Assembly: GCA_021794645.1 (NCBI GenBank)
Contig: JAJYQK010000101.1
Span: 337-57,086 of the forward strand
Source: Actinomycetes bacterium
GTDB taxonomy: Bacteria; Actinomycetota; Acidimicrobiia; Acidimicrobiales; Bog-793
DNA length: 56,750 nt
Direction: 5' to 3'
Below are positions 1-9,800 of the stretch, piece by piece. The position numbers and the translations under genes are program-made. The notes beneath the pieces were generated by a model. It did no database searches. It had not been told where the DNA came from and saw only the letters and a list, made by a program, of their open reading frames with translations. Within the stretch, counting starts at the first letter, position 1; each line of letters starts with the position of its first letter.

Positions 1-167
1 CCGCAGGCATGCTGCACAAAGCAACCGACGAGCAGGGCGCCCACTATTTCGACCTCCTCGACATTCAGAAGGTGCTGGGCCACTCCGACCCAGCAACCAC
101 AATGCGCAGCTATCTCGAACCAATGCACACGGACGTCTTAGACCGGGCTGCGCAAATACTCCGGTGA
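1..167 (+). CDS. Tyrosine recombinase/integrase, C-terminal fragment (5' end outside window)
   Basis: Frame starting at nt 3 reads ...DIQKVLGHSDPATTMRSYLEPMHTDVLDRAAQILR* with stop at 165-167. LGHxxxxTTxxY is the conserved C-terminal box with the catalytic Tyr of tyrosine recombinases. Confidence 0.6.
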   Translation, partial: AGMLHKATDEQGAHYFDLLDIQKVLGHSDPATTMRSYLEPMHTDVLDRAAQILR

Positions 168-1178
168 CGGCGCATCCACCTCCGCCATCACCAGGCCGAA
201 CAACTGAGCAGCGTTCGGCACAAAGACTGTCAACCCATCCCCCAGGCGCCGCTCATCCAGCCAGCAGTGATCGACGCCCCCGAGCCTCGACCTGGCCACC
301 CGCGCAAGCACTAGCTCCGCCACCGCCGCCCTGTCCTGATCCAGCTCCACCACTCTCAGCGCTTCCGGACGAAATCCCTGCCGCTGCCCTATCACCCCCC
401 AATACCGGCCGACCGCGCCGTAACCCTGGGGCGGAGCCTTCTGAGCTTTCTTCACGGACTCCCTCCAGAAGTACTCCTGGACAACGCCGAGATCGGCCTT
501 GCCGATGGCATCCTCGGTCCAGAAACACGGCTCCACATCTACACCGCGGTTGAAGTGGCTCCCGTCAGTGTTACCAGTAACTATCTCCGCCCACTTCAAC
601 CGCAACCAATCGCCAAAATCACCGCCATATCGACCACCGATGCGACCCACCGCCGCCCGAGCCCTCGCCGTGCCCGCCTCACGGGCTATCCGGCGTCGGA
701 GCTCACTACGAGCCCGCAGTCCCTCGTAGTCGCCCTCCGCCACGCTGTCCGGCAGCCCTACCCAAAAGTGCAAGTGGGGAGCCCCACGCTTCTGGAACTC
801 CTTCACCCACACCCCGACCATCGGACCCCACCGGTACTCAAAACGGTCCACGAACAACCGCCGCTGTCTCTCCGACGCTCGGCCATCAGGCGTATAACGA
901 CGCCAGTCGCTCGGCAGCGTCAGAGTGATCATGACCATCCGCGGCCCCAACATCTCCCAGGGCAGAGCAGCGAAGGTCCGTCGCATCCGGTTTCGCGATC
1001 GCTGGCTCAAACCCGCCTCGCCTAAGCACCGTCCCGACACCGAGCCGCCCCCGCCCCGGCCCTGCAACTCGGCACTACCGGGTCCGTAACGGACGAGCCC
1101 GACGTATCCCCGATACTCAACTAGCTTCCAAGTGCTGCCCCCACGCACCTTCTCCGAGAATCGCGATCCGCCTCGCAT
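138..1178 (-). CDS. RepSA-like replication initiator protein (HUH-type) of actinomycete integrative/conjugative elements
   Basis: 346-aa ORF with LTLPSDW...WVKEFQKRGAPHLHFWVGLP, i.e. an HxH metal-binding motif in the context typical of plasmid/AICE Rep proteins. Convergent with the integrase and overlapping it by 30 nt. Confidence 0.7.
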   Translation of the reverse strand: MRGGSRFSEKVRGGSTWKLVEYRGYVGLVRYGPGSAELQGRGGGGSVSGRCLGEAGLSQRSRNRMRRTFAALPWEMLGPRMVMITLTLPSDWRRYTPDGRASERQRRLFVDRFEYRWGPMVGVWVKEFQKRGAPHLHFWVGLPDSVAEGDYEGLRARSELRRRIAREAGTARARAAVGRIGGRYGGDFGDWLRLKWAEIVTGNTDGSHFNRGVDVEPCFWTEDAIGKADLGVVQEYFWRESVKKAQKAPPQGYGAVGRYWGVIGQRQGFRPEALRVVELDQDRAAVAELVLARVARSRLGGVDHCWLDERRLGDGLTVFVPNAAQLFGLVMAEVDAPSPEYLRSPV

Positions 1179-1384
1179 GTGTCAATCCGCCACTCGGATG
1201 TCGAGGGTATCGATCCGAGGCTCGTCAACTCGCCTCGGGCCGATACCCTCGCACTTCTGCGTGGAGCTATGACCCATGCCCCGCCTGATCACGCTTCGTC
1301 CGCAGCTACCCATCACACGGGAGCATGCCTCAGCGTTGTAACAGTCGCCTCGCTCCAGCCGCTTCAGGCCGCGGTCGCTGCTGA

Positions 1385-1816
1385 CTATGTAGGCGGGATG
1401 CCCAACTTCTTCTGTAGCTCGCCGGTTATCAGCGAGGTGAGGACCGGCATCGCGAGTGCCCATCCCTTCGGGGCCAACTGCTTCAGACGCTCCCCAGCAC
1501 GGATGCGCTTCTTCTCGTCTTCCTCTGGCCGCGACAGCACAGATATCTGCTCCCTGAGTTCCAGTCGGTCAGCGTCATCAAGACCCGGCTCGTACTCGAG
1601 GATATTGCGCAGCTGCAATATGATCGTCGCCCGGTCGGCCCACGGGTAGGCCTTACCGCACTGCACGCAGAAGTTATCCGGCTTACTAGATCCGGTGGAA
1701 ACGACCCCCTCGTACGCTCCCAGCAGCCGGCTTGAGCAGTTCGGGCATGCGATGATTACCGGGGCTCCGCACTTACTGCAGAACTTCTCGGGCTCGCCCT
1801 CACGCAACTCCAACAT
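1385..1816 (-). CDS. Zinc-ribbon protein, DUF2321-like (hypothetical)
   Basis: Starts at internal Met (MLELREGEPEKFCSKCGAPVIIACPNCSSRLLGAY...NFCVQCGKAYPW). It has three CxxC pairs in the arrangement I associate with DUF2321. The upstream 52 codons of the ORF look non-coding. Locally lower GC. Confidence 0.5.
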   Translation of the reverse strand: MLELREGEPEKFCSKCGAPVIIACPNCSSRLLGAYEGVVSTGSSKPDNFCVQCGKAYPWADRATIILQLRNILEYEPGLDDADRLELREQISVLSRPEEDEKKRIRAGERLKQLAPKGWALAMPVLTSLITGELQKKLGIPPT

Positions 1817-2368
1817 GGAGTCTCGAATATGCCCTCGCCTACATATCGCCGCTGAATACCGATCCACTCCGGCTCCAATCCCCCCGGACGACTGCCCGAC
1901 ATCGTGTGGTACCAACAGCGTGACACGTCGACCCGAGCGGCGGCAACGGGTTGCTGCGGAGAACAGGAGCATGCACTACGCCATACCAGTCCCGAGACGT
2001 CGCCCTAGCTTTCGGCCTAGCCACTAGCTCCCCGGCAACATGTAAGGGTGGTCGTCGTGAGCGTCACTACGTCCCAACAAGGGTCGAGATTGGTCAAGGG
2101 CACCCTCCGAGGCGCCGCCACGGCCGGACAACGCCGGGAGCGATTTCCTTCCTACACGACCGCAAGTGTCGCTCCCTGCTGTCCGGCCCGGGCTCCGCTT
2201 CTCGCTCTACGGCCCTTGACCAATCTCGACCCCTGTCGGGCGCGGCCCCTCAGGGGCCGGTGCCCGGCCCACGGCACTATGCATCGACCCCAAAACAGCT
2301 AGGAGCATGAATAATGGCCACCTCAGGCAAAGCTTCCCAAGATGTGACACAGATAGAGAGAGTTAATA

Positions 2369-3457
2369 GTGATCAAGTACCTCGGGTCGAAGAGCCGGCT
2401 CGTACCTGTCATCGGCGAGATCGCGGCAGTGCTCGGCGGGCAGGGCACGGCCCTCGACCTCTTCACCGGCACCACCCGGGTGGCCCAGGAGATGAAGAGG
2501 CGAGGGCTGTTCACGACCGCAGTCGACACGGCCACCTACTCGGAGGTCTTCGCCCGCTGCTACATCGAGACAGACGGGGCGGCGCTCGATGCCGGCCAGC
2601 TCGAAGAGGCGCTCGCCCACCTCTCCCGACTGCCCGGCCGGGCCGGTTACTTCACCGAGACCTTCTGTGTCCGCTCCCGCTTCCTGCAGCCCTTCAACGG
2701 CGAGCGGGTCGACGCCATCAGGGAGGCGATCGAGACCGACTACGCCGGCACTGACCTCTATCCGGTCCTGCTCACCTCCTTGCTCGAGGCGGCCGACAGG
2801 GTCGACTCCACCACCGGGCTGCAGATGGCCTATCTGAAGAGCTGGGCGCCCCGCTCCTACAAGCCACTCGAGCTGCGGCCACCCGCTCTTTTGGCCGGAG
2901 AGGGGCGGGCGCTGCGGGCAGACGCCCGCCAGATCGCCGGCCGGCTCGGCCGCTTCGACCTCGCCTACCTCGACCCGCCCTACAACCAGCACCGCTACTT
3001 CACCAACTACCACCTCTGGGAGACCCTCGTCCGCTGGGACGCCCCGGCCCACTACGGCGTCGCCTGCAAGCGCGTCGACTCGCGGGAGGACGAGACGAAG
3101 AGCGTGTTCAACTCCAAGCGGGAGATGCCCGCTGTCCTCGCCGAGCTGATCGGCCGGCTCGACTGCCGTCTGCTCGTGCTCTCCTACAACTCAGAGGCCT
3201 GGATAGAGCGGGGTGACCTAGAGCAGATGTGCTCGGTCCACGGCTTCGTGCGGACGCTCGCTTTCGACTCGCGCCGCTACGTCGGTGCCCAGATCGGGGT
3301 CCACAACCCAAGGGGCGAGCGAGTCGGGGAGGTCTCCCACCTCCACAACCTCGAGTACCTGATAGTCGCCGGCGCCGAGCGCGATGTGGTGGCGGCGACG
3401 GCAGGCTTCGCCGCCGCCGGGGCACCCGCTGCACCCGGCCCGGTCCCGAGCCGGTGA
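2369..3457 (+). CDS. DNA adenine methyltransferase, D12 class (Dam-like), orphan
   Basis: N-terminal IKYLGSKSRL, SAM-binding LDLFTGTTRVA and catalytic motif IV DPPY (LAYLDPPYNQ). GTG start is preceded by an AT-rich stretch. No restriction endonuclease gene is adjacent. Confidence 0.85.
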   Translation: MIKYLGSKSRLVPVIGEIAAVLGGQGTALDLFTGTTRVAQEMKRRGLFTTAVDTATYSEVFARCYIETDGAALDAGQLEEALAHLSRLPGRAGYFTETFCVRSRFLQPFNGERVDAIREAIETDYAGTDLYPVLLTSLLEAADRVDSTTGLQMAYLKSWAPRSYKPLELRPPALLAGEGRALRADARQIAGRLGRFDLAYLDPPYNQHRYFTNYHLWETLVRWDAPAHYGVACKRVDSREDETKSVFNSKREMPAVLAELIGRLDCRLLVLSYNSEAWIERGDLEQMCSVHGFVRTLAFDSRRYVGAQIGVHNPRGERVGEVSHLHNLEYLIVAGAERDVVAATAGFAAAGAPAAPGPVPSR

Positions 3458-3476
3458 GGGGCGGCAAAGCGGTCGG

Positions 3477-6400
3477 CTACCGGCCGAGACCGCCCACGAG
3501 CGCCCGCACCTCCTCCTTTCTCTGCTGGAGGAGCGCCCCGGTGACCTCGTGCTCGAGCGGCTGGCGGGGAGGCGAGAGGAAGACGAGGACGCAGCGGCGG
3601 ACAGGACGGCCGGTGGCCTCCTCGAGGCAGATGGCATAGCTGGCGGCCTGCAGCTCGTAGCGGGCTGCCTTCGCCGCTGCCTCCGCCGGGCCGGCGACCG
3701 AGTCCGTCTTGTAGTCGACAACGGTCAAGGAGCCGTCCGCCTCCCCGAAGCAGAGGTCGACGTAGCCGTCGAGCACCGTCCCCCCGATCTCGGTGGCGAC
3801 GTAGAGCTCCCGCTTGGCCTTGCCGCTCCCGAGGGCGGCCACGACCGTCTCGGCCCGCAGGCCAGCGGCGGCCAGGCGGGCCACCTCGGCCTCCCGGCCA
3901 TCGAGCCTCTCGGCGCGGGCCTGGGCGCGGGCCACCTCCTCCAGCCGGCCGGCGGCGCCGGGCCGCTTCGGGCCACAGCCGGCGATGGCGGCGGCGTCGG
4001 CGAGGGCGATCGACTGCAAGGTGGCGTGCACGGCTCGCCCGATCCTCGTGCCGGCGCGGCCCCGCCGCCAGGAGGGCGGCAGGCCCGCTGCAGCCTCCTC
4101 ATCCCCGGCCGGCCCCGCCTCCTCGCTGTATGCCGGGAGCTCGTCCAGGCCGGCGAGCGCCGCCACCTCGGTGGCAGGGACGTTGGCCCGCCGGACAGCG
4201 CCCGCCAGCAGCTCGGCCCGGCGGGCGGCCCAGGCCGTCAGCTCCTCGGGCGACTCGATCCTGAGCCTCCCCGAAACCTCTGCCGCCGCCGCCAGGCGGG
4301 GGCTGCCCGAGGGTCGCTCCGCCTCACCGTCGAGGACCGAGGGGAGGCGGCGCCAGAGCCCTCCGAGCGGCTGGGCCGCCTCGTAGAGGAGCTCGCCCAG
4401 GCTCGGCCTGCTCCCGGCCACGTGGTGGGCGCAGATGACGAGGTGGTCTTTTGCCCGGGTCGCCGCCACATAGCAGAGGCGAAGCGCCTCTTCTGCCTCG
4501 AGCTGCTGGTCGAGCAGGTGGAGGGCGCCATAGCCCGAAGTGCGCAGCTCCTTGTTGAAGTGCACCTCCGGGCGGCCGTCGCCGTGGCGGAGCAGGAGAT
4601 CGGGACGGGTGGACTCCTCGCTCGTGCCGAAGCCGCAGAGGAAGGTGAGGGGGAACTCGAGGCCCTTGGCACCGTGGACGGTCAGGATCCGCACGACGTC
4701 CTCGTCCGCCTCGGGCACGACCGACTCGGCCGAGCGCCCCCCGCCCTCCAACTGCTCGTCGATCCAGTCGGCCAGCTCCGAGAGGCTGGAACCGCCCGCC
4801 TCGATGAAGAGCCGGGCCCGTTCGAGGATGTAGCGGATCCGCCGCCAGACCTCACGAGCGCGCGGGCCGAAGGCGGCGAGCGGCAGGAGCTGGAGAGACC
4901 GGACGGCGAACGAGAGGGTGCCGGCAGGCCCGAGCTCTCCCAGGCGGTCCCGGAACGACGCCAGCTGGGCGAGGGCGGCGGCCACCGCCGGGGCGGCCGC
5001 CCTCGCTGATTCCGGCGGCTCCGCCTCGATGCTCCAGCGCCCGCCGGCGCTCGCCCAGGCGACGAGCTCGTCGTCGCCGAGCGAGTAGCAGGGCGATCGC
5101 AGCGTCGCCACGAGAGCGAGCTCGTTGCCCGGCTCCCCGATGGCACGGGCGAGGTGGAGGAGGTCTCGCACCTCCTGGCTCTGCAAGATGAGGGAGGCGC
5201 TCTCCACCCGGTAGGGGATCTCGTGGGCGTCGAGGGCAGCCTCGAGCTCGGGCAGGCCGGTGCGGCGGGGAACGAGGATGGCGACGTCGCCGAGGCGGGC
5301 CGGCCGGCTCGAGCCGTCCTCGCCCACGGGCCAGCGCTCGTGGCGAACGGCGAGCTCGATGCTGCGACAGCAGTCCTCGGCCTCTCGCTCCCGTTGCACC
5401 GCCTTGAGCGGCCTGTCTGCCATCGGGCCGCCGACGAGGCAGACGGGCGGACCGGTGAGGGCTGGGGCCGGCGGCCGGACCGGGTCGAGAGCGTGGAAGC
5501 GCTCACCGAGCAGGTTGGCGAAGGCGGCGTTGACGAACGAGATGACGCCGGGGACCGAGCGAAAGCACGAGCTGAGCAAAAGCGCCCCTCGACCGGCGAT
5601 CTCGCCTCTGGCCGACTCGTAGGCGGCGAGATCGGCCCCTCGGAAGCTGTAGATCGACTGCTTGGGGTCCCCGACGAAAAAGAAGCGGCCCTCCTCCCAC
5701 CTGCCGGCGACCGCCCCGATCAACCGGGCGATCTCGAGCTGCAACAGGTCGGTGTCCTGGAACTCGTCGACGAGGACGAAAGCGAACCTGTCGCGCACGT
5801 CGTCGCGGACCGAGCCGTCCTGCTCGAGCAGTCGGCGGCAGAAGACGACGAGGTCGTGGAAGGTGAGAACCCCGCGGCGCCTGCGCTCCTCGGCGGCCAG
5901 CTGGCCGCGGTGCTGGAAGTGGGCGGCGAGACCGGCTACCACCTCGTCGAGCACCGATTGGCGCAGCTCGGCATGGGCCGCCTGGGCCTTTGCCAGCAGC
6001 CGGCGTACCTCGCCGATGTCGCCCGACCAGTTCTGCTGGTTGCCCCGGTTGGGCGAGGAGAAAGGCTCCGTCGCCACCACCGCCTCGAGGGCGGCTAGCG
6101 GAGAGTCGGCCCCGGCGACGGCGTCGCCGAGAGCGGCCAGCTCCTCGAGGCGGGTCGCCAGCCGGTCCTCCTCGTCGAGGCAGCGCCCCTTGGCGGCCAC
6201 GAGCGCCGTGATGGCCGTGCGGAGCGCCTCGAGGCCCGGGACGGCGAGGAGGCTGGCCTTCTCGAGCGCCCGCTCCAGACCGCCCGGGGGCGGCGACCAG
6301 GCCTGCCACTCGACGTCGAGCTCCCGGGCGAGGGCCTCGATGCGAGGCGCAGTCACGCCGAGGAGCCAGCCGAGGGAGATGACCTCGCTCGCCCCAGGAG

Positions 6401-6857
6401 TCGTGGCGAGGACGTCAAGCTCCTCGGCGAAGCGCCGCCGCCACTCGATCGACTCTGACACCTCGTCGAGCACCTCGAAGCGCGGGGGCAGCCCGGCCTC
6501 GACGGGGTGGGCCGAGAGTATCCGGCGGCAAAAGCCGTGGATGGTCGAGATCGGGGCTTCGTCGATGTGGGCGAGCGCCTCGGCCAGCAGAGCTGCCTTC
6601 TCCCCCCCGGCCGCCCCGACCCTCTTCTCCAGCTCCTCTCTCACCCTGATCCGCAGCTCGGCGGCGGCGGCCTCGGTGAAGGTGATGGCGGCGACACCGG
6701 TGACGGGCGCCCGCCCCGCCTCGAGCAGGGCGACGATCCGGCCGACGAGGGCCTCTGTCTTGCCCGAGCCCGCTCCGGCCTCGACAAAGAGCGTCAAGTC
6801 GAGCTCGCCCGCGATCACCTCTCTCGCCCTGGCGTCGACGAGGCCGGCCGACCTCAC
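3477..6857 (-). CDS. addA: ATP-dependent helicase/nuclease subunit A (AddA/UvrD-family helicase with C-terminal RecB-type nuclease)
   Basis: Walker A GAGSGKTEAL, helicase motifs VLVDEFQDTD and GDPKQSIYSFRGAD, and a C-terminal PD-(D/E)XK motif (VVDYKTD). GTGA start/stop overlap with the upstream gene. Confidence 0.85.
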   Translation of the reverse strand: MRSAGLVDARAREVIAGELDLTLFVEAGAGSGKTEALVGRIVALLEAGRAPVTGVAAITFTEAAAAELRIRVREELEKRVGAAGGEKAALLAEALAHIDEAPISTIHGFCRRILSAHPVEAGLPPRFEVLDEVSESIEWRRRFAEELDVLATTPGASEVISLGWLLGVTAPRIEALARELDVEWQAWSPPPGGLERALEKASLLAVPGLEALRTAITALVAAKGRCLDEEDRLATRLEELAALGDAVAGADSPLAALEAVVATEPFSSPNRGNQQNWSGDIGEVRRLLAKAQAAHAELRQSVLDEVVAGLAAHFQHRGQLAAEERRRRGVLTFHDLVVFCRRLLEQDGSVRDDVRDRFAFVLVDEFQDTDLLQLEIARLIGAVAGRWEEGRFFFVGDPKQSIYSFRGADLAAYESARGEIAGRGALLLSSCFRSVPGVISFVNAAFANLLGERFHALDPVRPPAPALTGPPVCLVGGPMADRPLKAVQREREAEDCCRSIELAVRHERWPVGEDGSSRPARLGDVAILVPRRTGLPELEAALDAHEIPYRVESASLILQSQEVRDLLHLARAIGEPGNELALVATLRSPCYSLGDDELVAWASAGGRWSIEAEPPESARAAAPAVAAALAQLASFRDRLGELGPAGTLSFAVRSLQLLPLAAFGPRAREVWRRIRYILERARLFIEAGGSSLSELADWIDEQLEGGGRSAESVVPEADEDVVRILTVHGAKGLEFPLTFLCGFGTSEESTRPDLLLRHGDGRPEVHFNKELRTSGYGALHLLDQQLEAEEALRLCYVAATRAKDHLVICAHHVAGSRPSLGELLYEAAQPLGGLWRRLPSVLDGEAERPSGSPRLAAAAEVSGRLRIESPEELTAWAARRAELLAGAVRRANVPATEVAALAGLDELPAYSEEAGPAGDEEAAAGLPPSWRRGRAGTRIGRAVHATLQSIALADAAAIAGCGPKRPGAAGRLEEVARAQARAERLDGREAEVARLAAAGLRAETVVAALGSGKAKRELYVATEIGGTVLDGYVDLCFGEADGSLTVVDYKTDSVAGPAEAAAKAARYELQAASYAICLEEATGRPVRRCVLVFLSPPRQPLEHEVTGALLQQRKEEVRALVGGLGR

Positions 6858-9800
6858 CTCTCTTCTCCTTGCACGAGCTCGACATAGGCCGCCAGCTCCG
6901 CGCTCGAGGCGGCCTCCTCCCAGCGGGCGAAGCGATCCCGGCGACAGATCGTCTCGTAGGTGCAGCTGCGGCAGTTGGCGGGCTTCTGACTGGTGCTGTT
7001 GGCGGTGCCATTTCCCGGCCGGGGCGGGAAGCAGCCCTGCCCGACGGTGTCGGCGAGCGTGCCCAGCACCTGCGCCAGCCTCGAGTCGAGGGTGGTGGTG
7101 AGGGCGACCGGCAGGGTGCGGAAGCCCGCTTCGGAGGAACAGAAGCGGTACTCCGCCACGACCTCGACCTCCGCCTCGCCCAGGAGCTTCGCGACCGCCT
7201 TGGCATAGATGGGGAGTTGGAGATGCCGCCCCTTGTCGAGGGGATCGGTCTTCATGCCGACGTAGTCGCTGTCGCGCCCTGACTTGTAGTCGATCACCCG
7301 CAGACGGCCCCCCGGCTCCCGGTCGATCCTGTCCACCTTGCCCTTGAAGTGGAGCTGGCGGCCGGCGGCGAGCGAGATCGTGAGCGGCGGCTCGGGATCC
7401 TCCCCGAAGGCCATCTCGGTCCTCACTGGTACGGCGCCGTTGGCGCGCAACCGCTCGGCCTCGAGGCTCACGAAGCGCTCGAGGTCGGCGAGGATGCGTC
7501 GGCGAGCCATCTGCCAGTAGACGTCCTTGCCCGTGAGTCCGCGGGACTCGGCTCGCTCGAAGCTCTCGGCCGCCAACCGCCGGAGCAGCCCGTGGCCTGG
7601 GTCTCCCCAGTGCTCGGCGCCGCCGGGCTCCATCGTGGCGGCGACGAAGTTCTCGAGGATCTCGTGGATGAGCGTGCCCCGCACCTTCGGCTCGATCACG
7701 GGGAGCCGGTCGGGGGCGTCGACCTGCTCGACCCGGGCCAGGCGCTCGAGCATGAACTGGAGCGGGCAGCGTGCGAGGCTCTCCATCCTCGTGGCCGACA
7801 TCACGGCGGCGAAGACCTCCTCGTCGACCGCCTCCCGCCCGATCCGCCCGGCGAAGCGGCTGAGCCCTCCCGCCCGGCGCTCCTTCTCGCAGGCGAGGCG
7901 CCGGGCGAGCTCTGCCTGGCCGGCGAGAGCACTCGCCGCCAAGCCGCCGGGCTTCGAGCTCGCCAGCAGGGAGAGGGCGAGCTCGAGGTCGGCGGCGTCG
8001 GCCGGCGTCGCCCTGCCCTCGGCGACCGCCTGCACGGAAGCGGCATAGGAGGGGACCTGCTCGGTGTCCCCCTTGAAGAGATCGCCGGCCAGCCAGCGCG
8101 AGGGGTAGCAGGGCCGGGCAGCGCCCCGGCCCACGCGGGGATAGCTGGCGATCGACTTCTTCGCCGCCGAGAGGAGCCAGAGCAGGTGGCGACGGTCGGC
8201 CTCCTCCCGCCGCTCCTCGTCACGCAGCGGCGGCAGAGAGGCCCGCTCTCGCTCCGACAAGAGCGGGTCGACAGGGCTGCGGCCAGGGAGCGAGCCCTCG
8301 ACGGCTCCGAGCACGAAGAGCAAGCCGGGCCGCATGCCCGCCAGCTCGCGGGGGGTCCCGACAACCGGTCCCCGCCCGAAGCGGCCCCGACTGGGCGCCG
8401 GTCCGCCGAGCGCCTGCTCGAGGGCCGAGGCGAGCTGAGCCGACCGTTCCCCACCCCGCCCCGGTGGCGCCAACGCCTCGACCAGGTCGAGGTGCACGAG
8501 CTCGCCGACGGCATCGGTCAGCTTCTCGCGCTCCTCTGTCGCCGGCCCGAGAGCGCCAACCGACGCCGCCGCCACCTGGGCGACCTCGGCCCAAGAGGTC
8601 GCTCTGTCGAGCCTTTTCGCCCTCTCGGCCAGCCACTCGACGATCCGCCCAAGGTCCCTCGCCACCGCGGCGGCCTCGGCCCGTCCCCTCTCGAGCTGGC
8701 GGGCGGCGTGGTAACCGAGGCGCCGGCGCCACTCGGCCTCCCCAGCCACGACACCGGCCAGCCGGGACGCCCTGTCGAGGGCGCCCGCCCGCAGCCTGCC
8801 TGCCCGCAGCGACGAAGCGTCGAGCCCGGCGAGCAGCTCCCCGCCTTGCTCGAGGAAGGGCGAGGAGACAAGGGCGATCACCTCGGCCCGGTCAAAGGCG
8901 CGCTCGCCGTCCGCCAGCAGGTGGAGGAGCGCCAGGGCGATGGCGCCGACGCCTTCGGAGCCGAGGGTGCCGGCGGCGGCGGCGGTCCAGGGGACCTCGG
9001 CAGGGGCGAAGATCTCCTCGACGAGCCTCAGGTAGCTCGCCTTGTCCCCGCTCGGCACCACGATGGCCACATCGCCGAGCTGCCCACCCGCCTCGAGATG
9101 AGCCATCAGCTGCCGCAGGCAGATGCGCACCTCCTCCTCGGCATCGGGAGCGCCGATGACACGGTCGAAAGAGGGCGGCGGTGACGAAGGCGGCTCAACT
9201 CCGGCCTCTTCGAAGCCGAGAGCGGTGAGGCGGCCGGCGAGGAGCCGGGGTGCCCTGTCGGCGGCCGCGTCACCGGTGAGACCGAGCTGGACCACGACCT
9301 CGCCGGCGGCGGCGAGGGCGGCCAGCAGCTCTCTTTGGGGACGGGCGAGGGCGTCGGGCAGGTGCACGATGATCGGTCCGAGAGCACTCAGCTCCGCCTT
9401 CTCCTGCGCAACGGCGTCCGCCGCGCCTGCCAGCAGGTCACCGGAGTCGTAGAAGCCAGGGCGCAACCGCGCCTCTGCCGCCCCGACGATCGCCACGAGG
9501 TCGGCGGCCCGAGGGCTGAGGGAGGCGAGCCGACGGCGTTCAGTGGCGTCGAGCAGCCGGATCTCTCGGTAGGCGGCGATGAGCGAAGCCTCTGTGGAGG
9601 GGTGGGCCGCCACATTGGCGAAGACCCCCGGACGCTCACCGAGCGAGGCCCGGATGGCGGCACCGAGCACCGGCTCGGAGAGGGGGCGGCGGCCGCCCTC
9701 CTCGGCCGCCGCCAAGAGCTCGGCGATCCGGGCAAGGGGCATGAAGGCCACTCCGGCGATCGCCGCACGCGAGGCAACCCGCCGGCGCAGGTCGCGACCG

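Larger units (their letters stand above)
1..2244. mobile_element. Right-hand part of an AICE-like integrative element (integrase, Rep, zinc-ribbon gene); right boundary uncertain
   Basis: Integrase and a rolling-circle-type replication initiator lie side by side. There is a visibly lower-GC patch at 1385-1816. A tRNA 3'-end-like sequence at 2226-2244 may be the right boundary. The methylase at 2369-3457 may or may not belong to the element. Confidence 0.4.

Noticed and set aside
1951-2310. 119-aa plus-strand ORF between the zinc-ribbon gene and the methylase
   Set aside because: The translation is Arg/Pro/Ser-rich and not protein-like. The region is more likely the element boundary and promoter sequence.
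3384-9184. Plus-strand ORFs of 541, 479 and 611 aa (and smaller ones) across the addAB locus
   Set aside because: They lie antisense to addA and addB and have shadow-like composition with no motifs.
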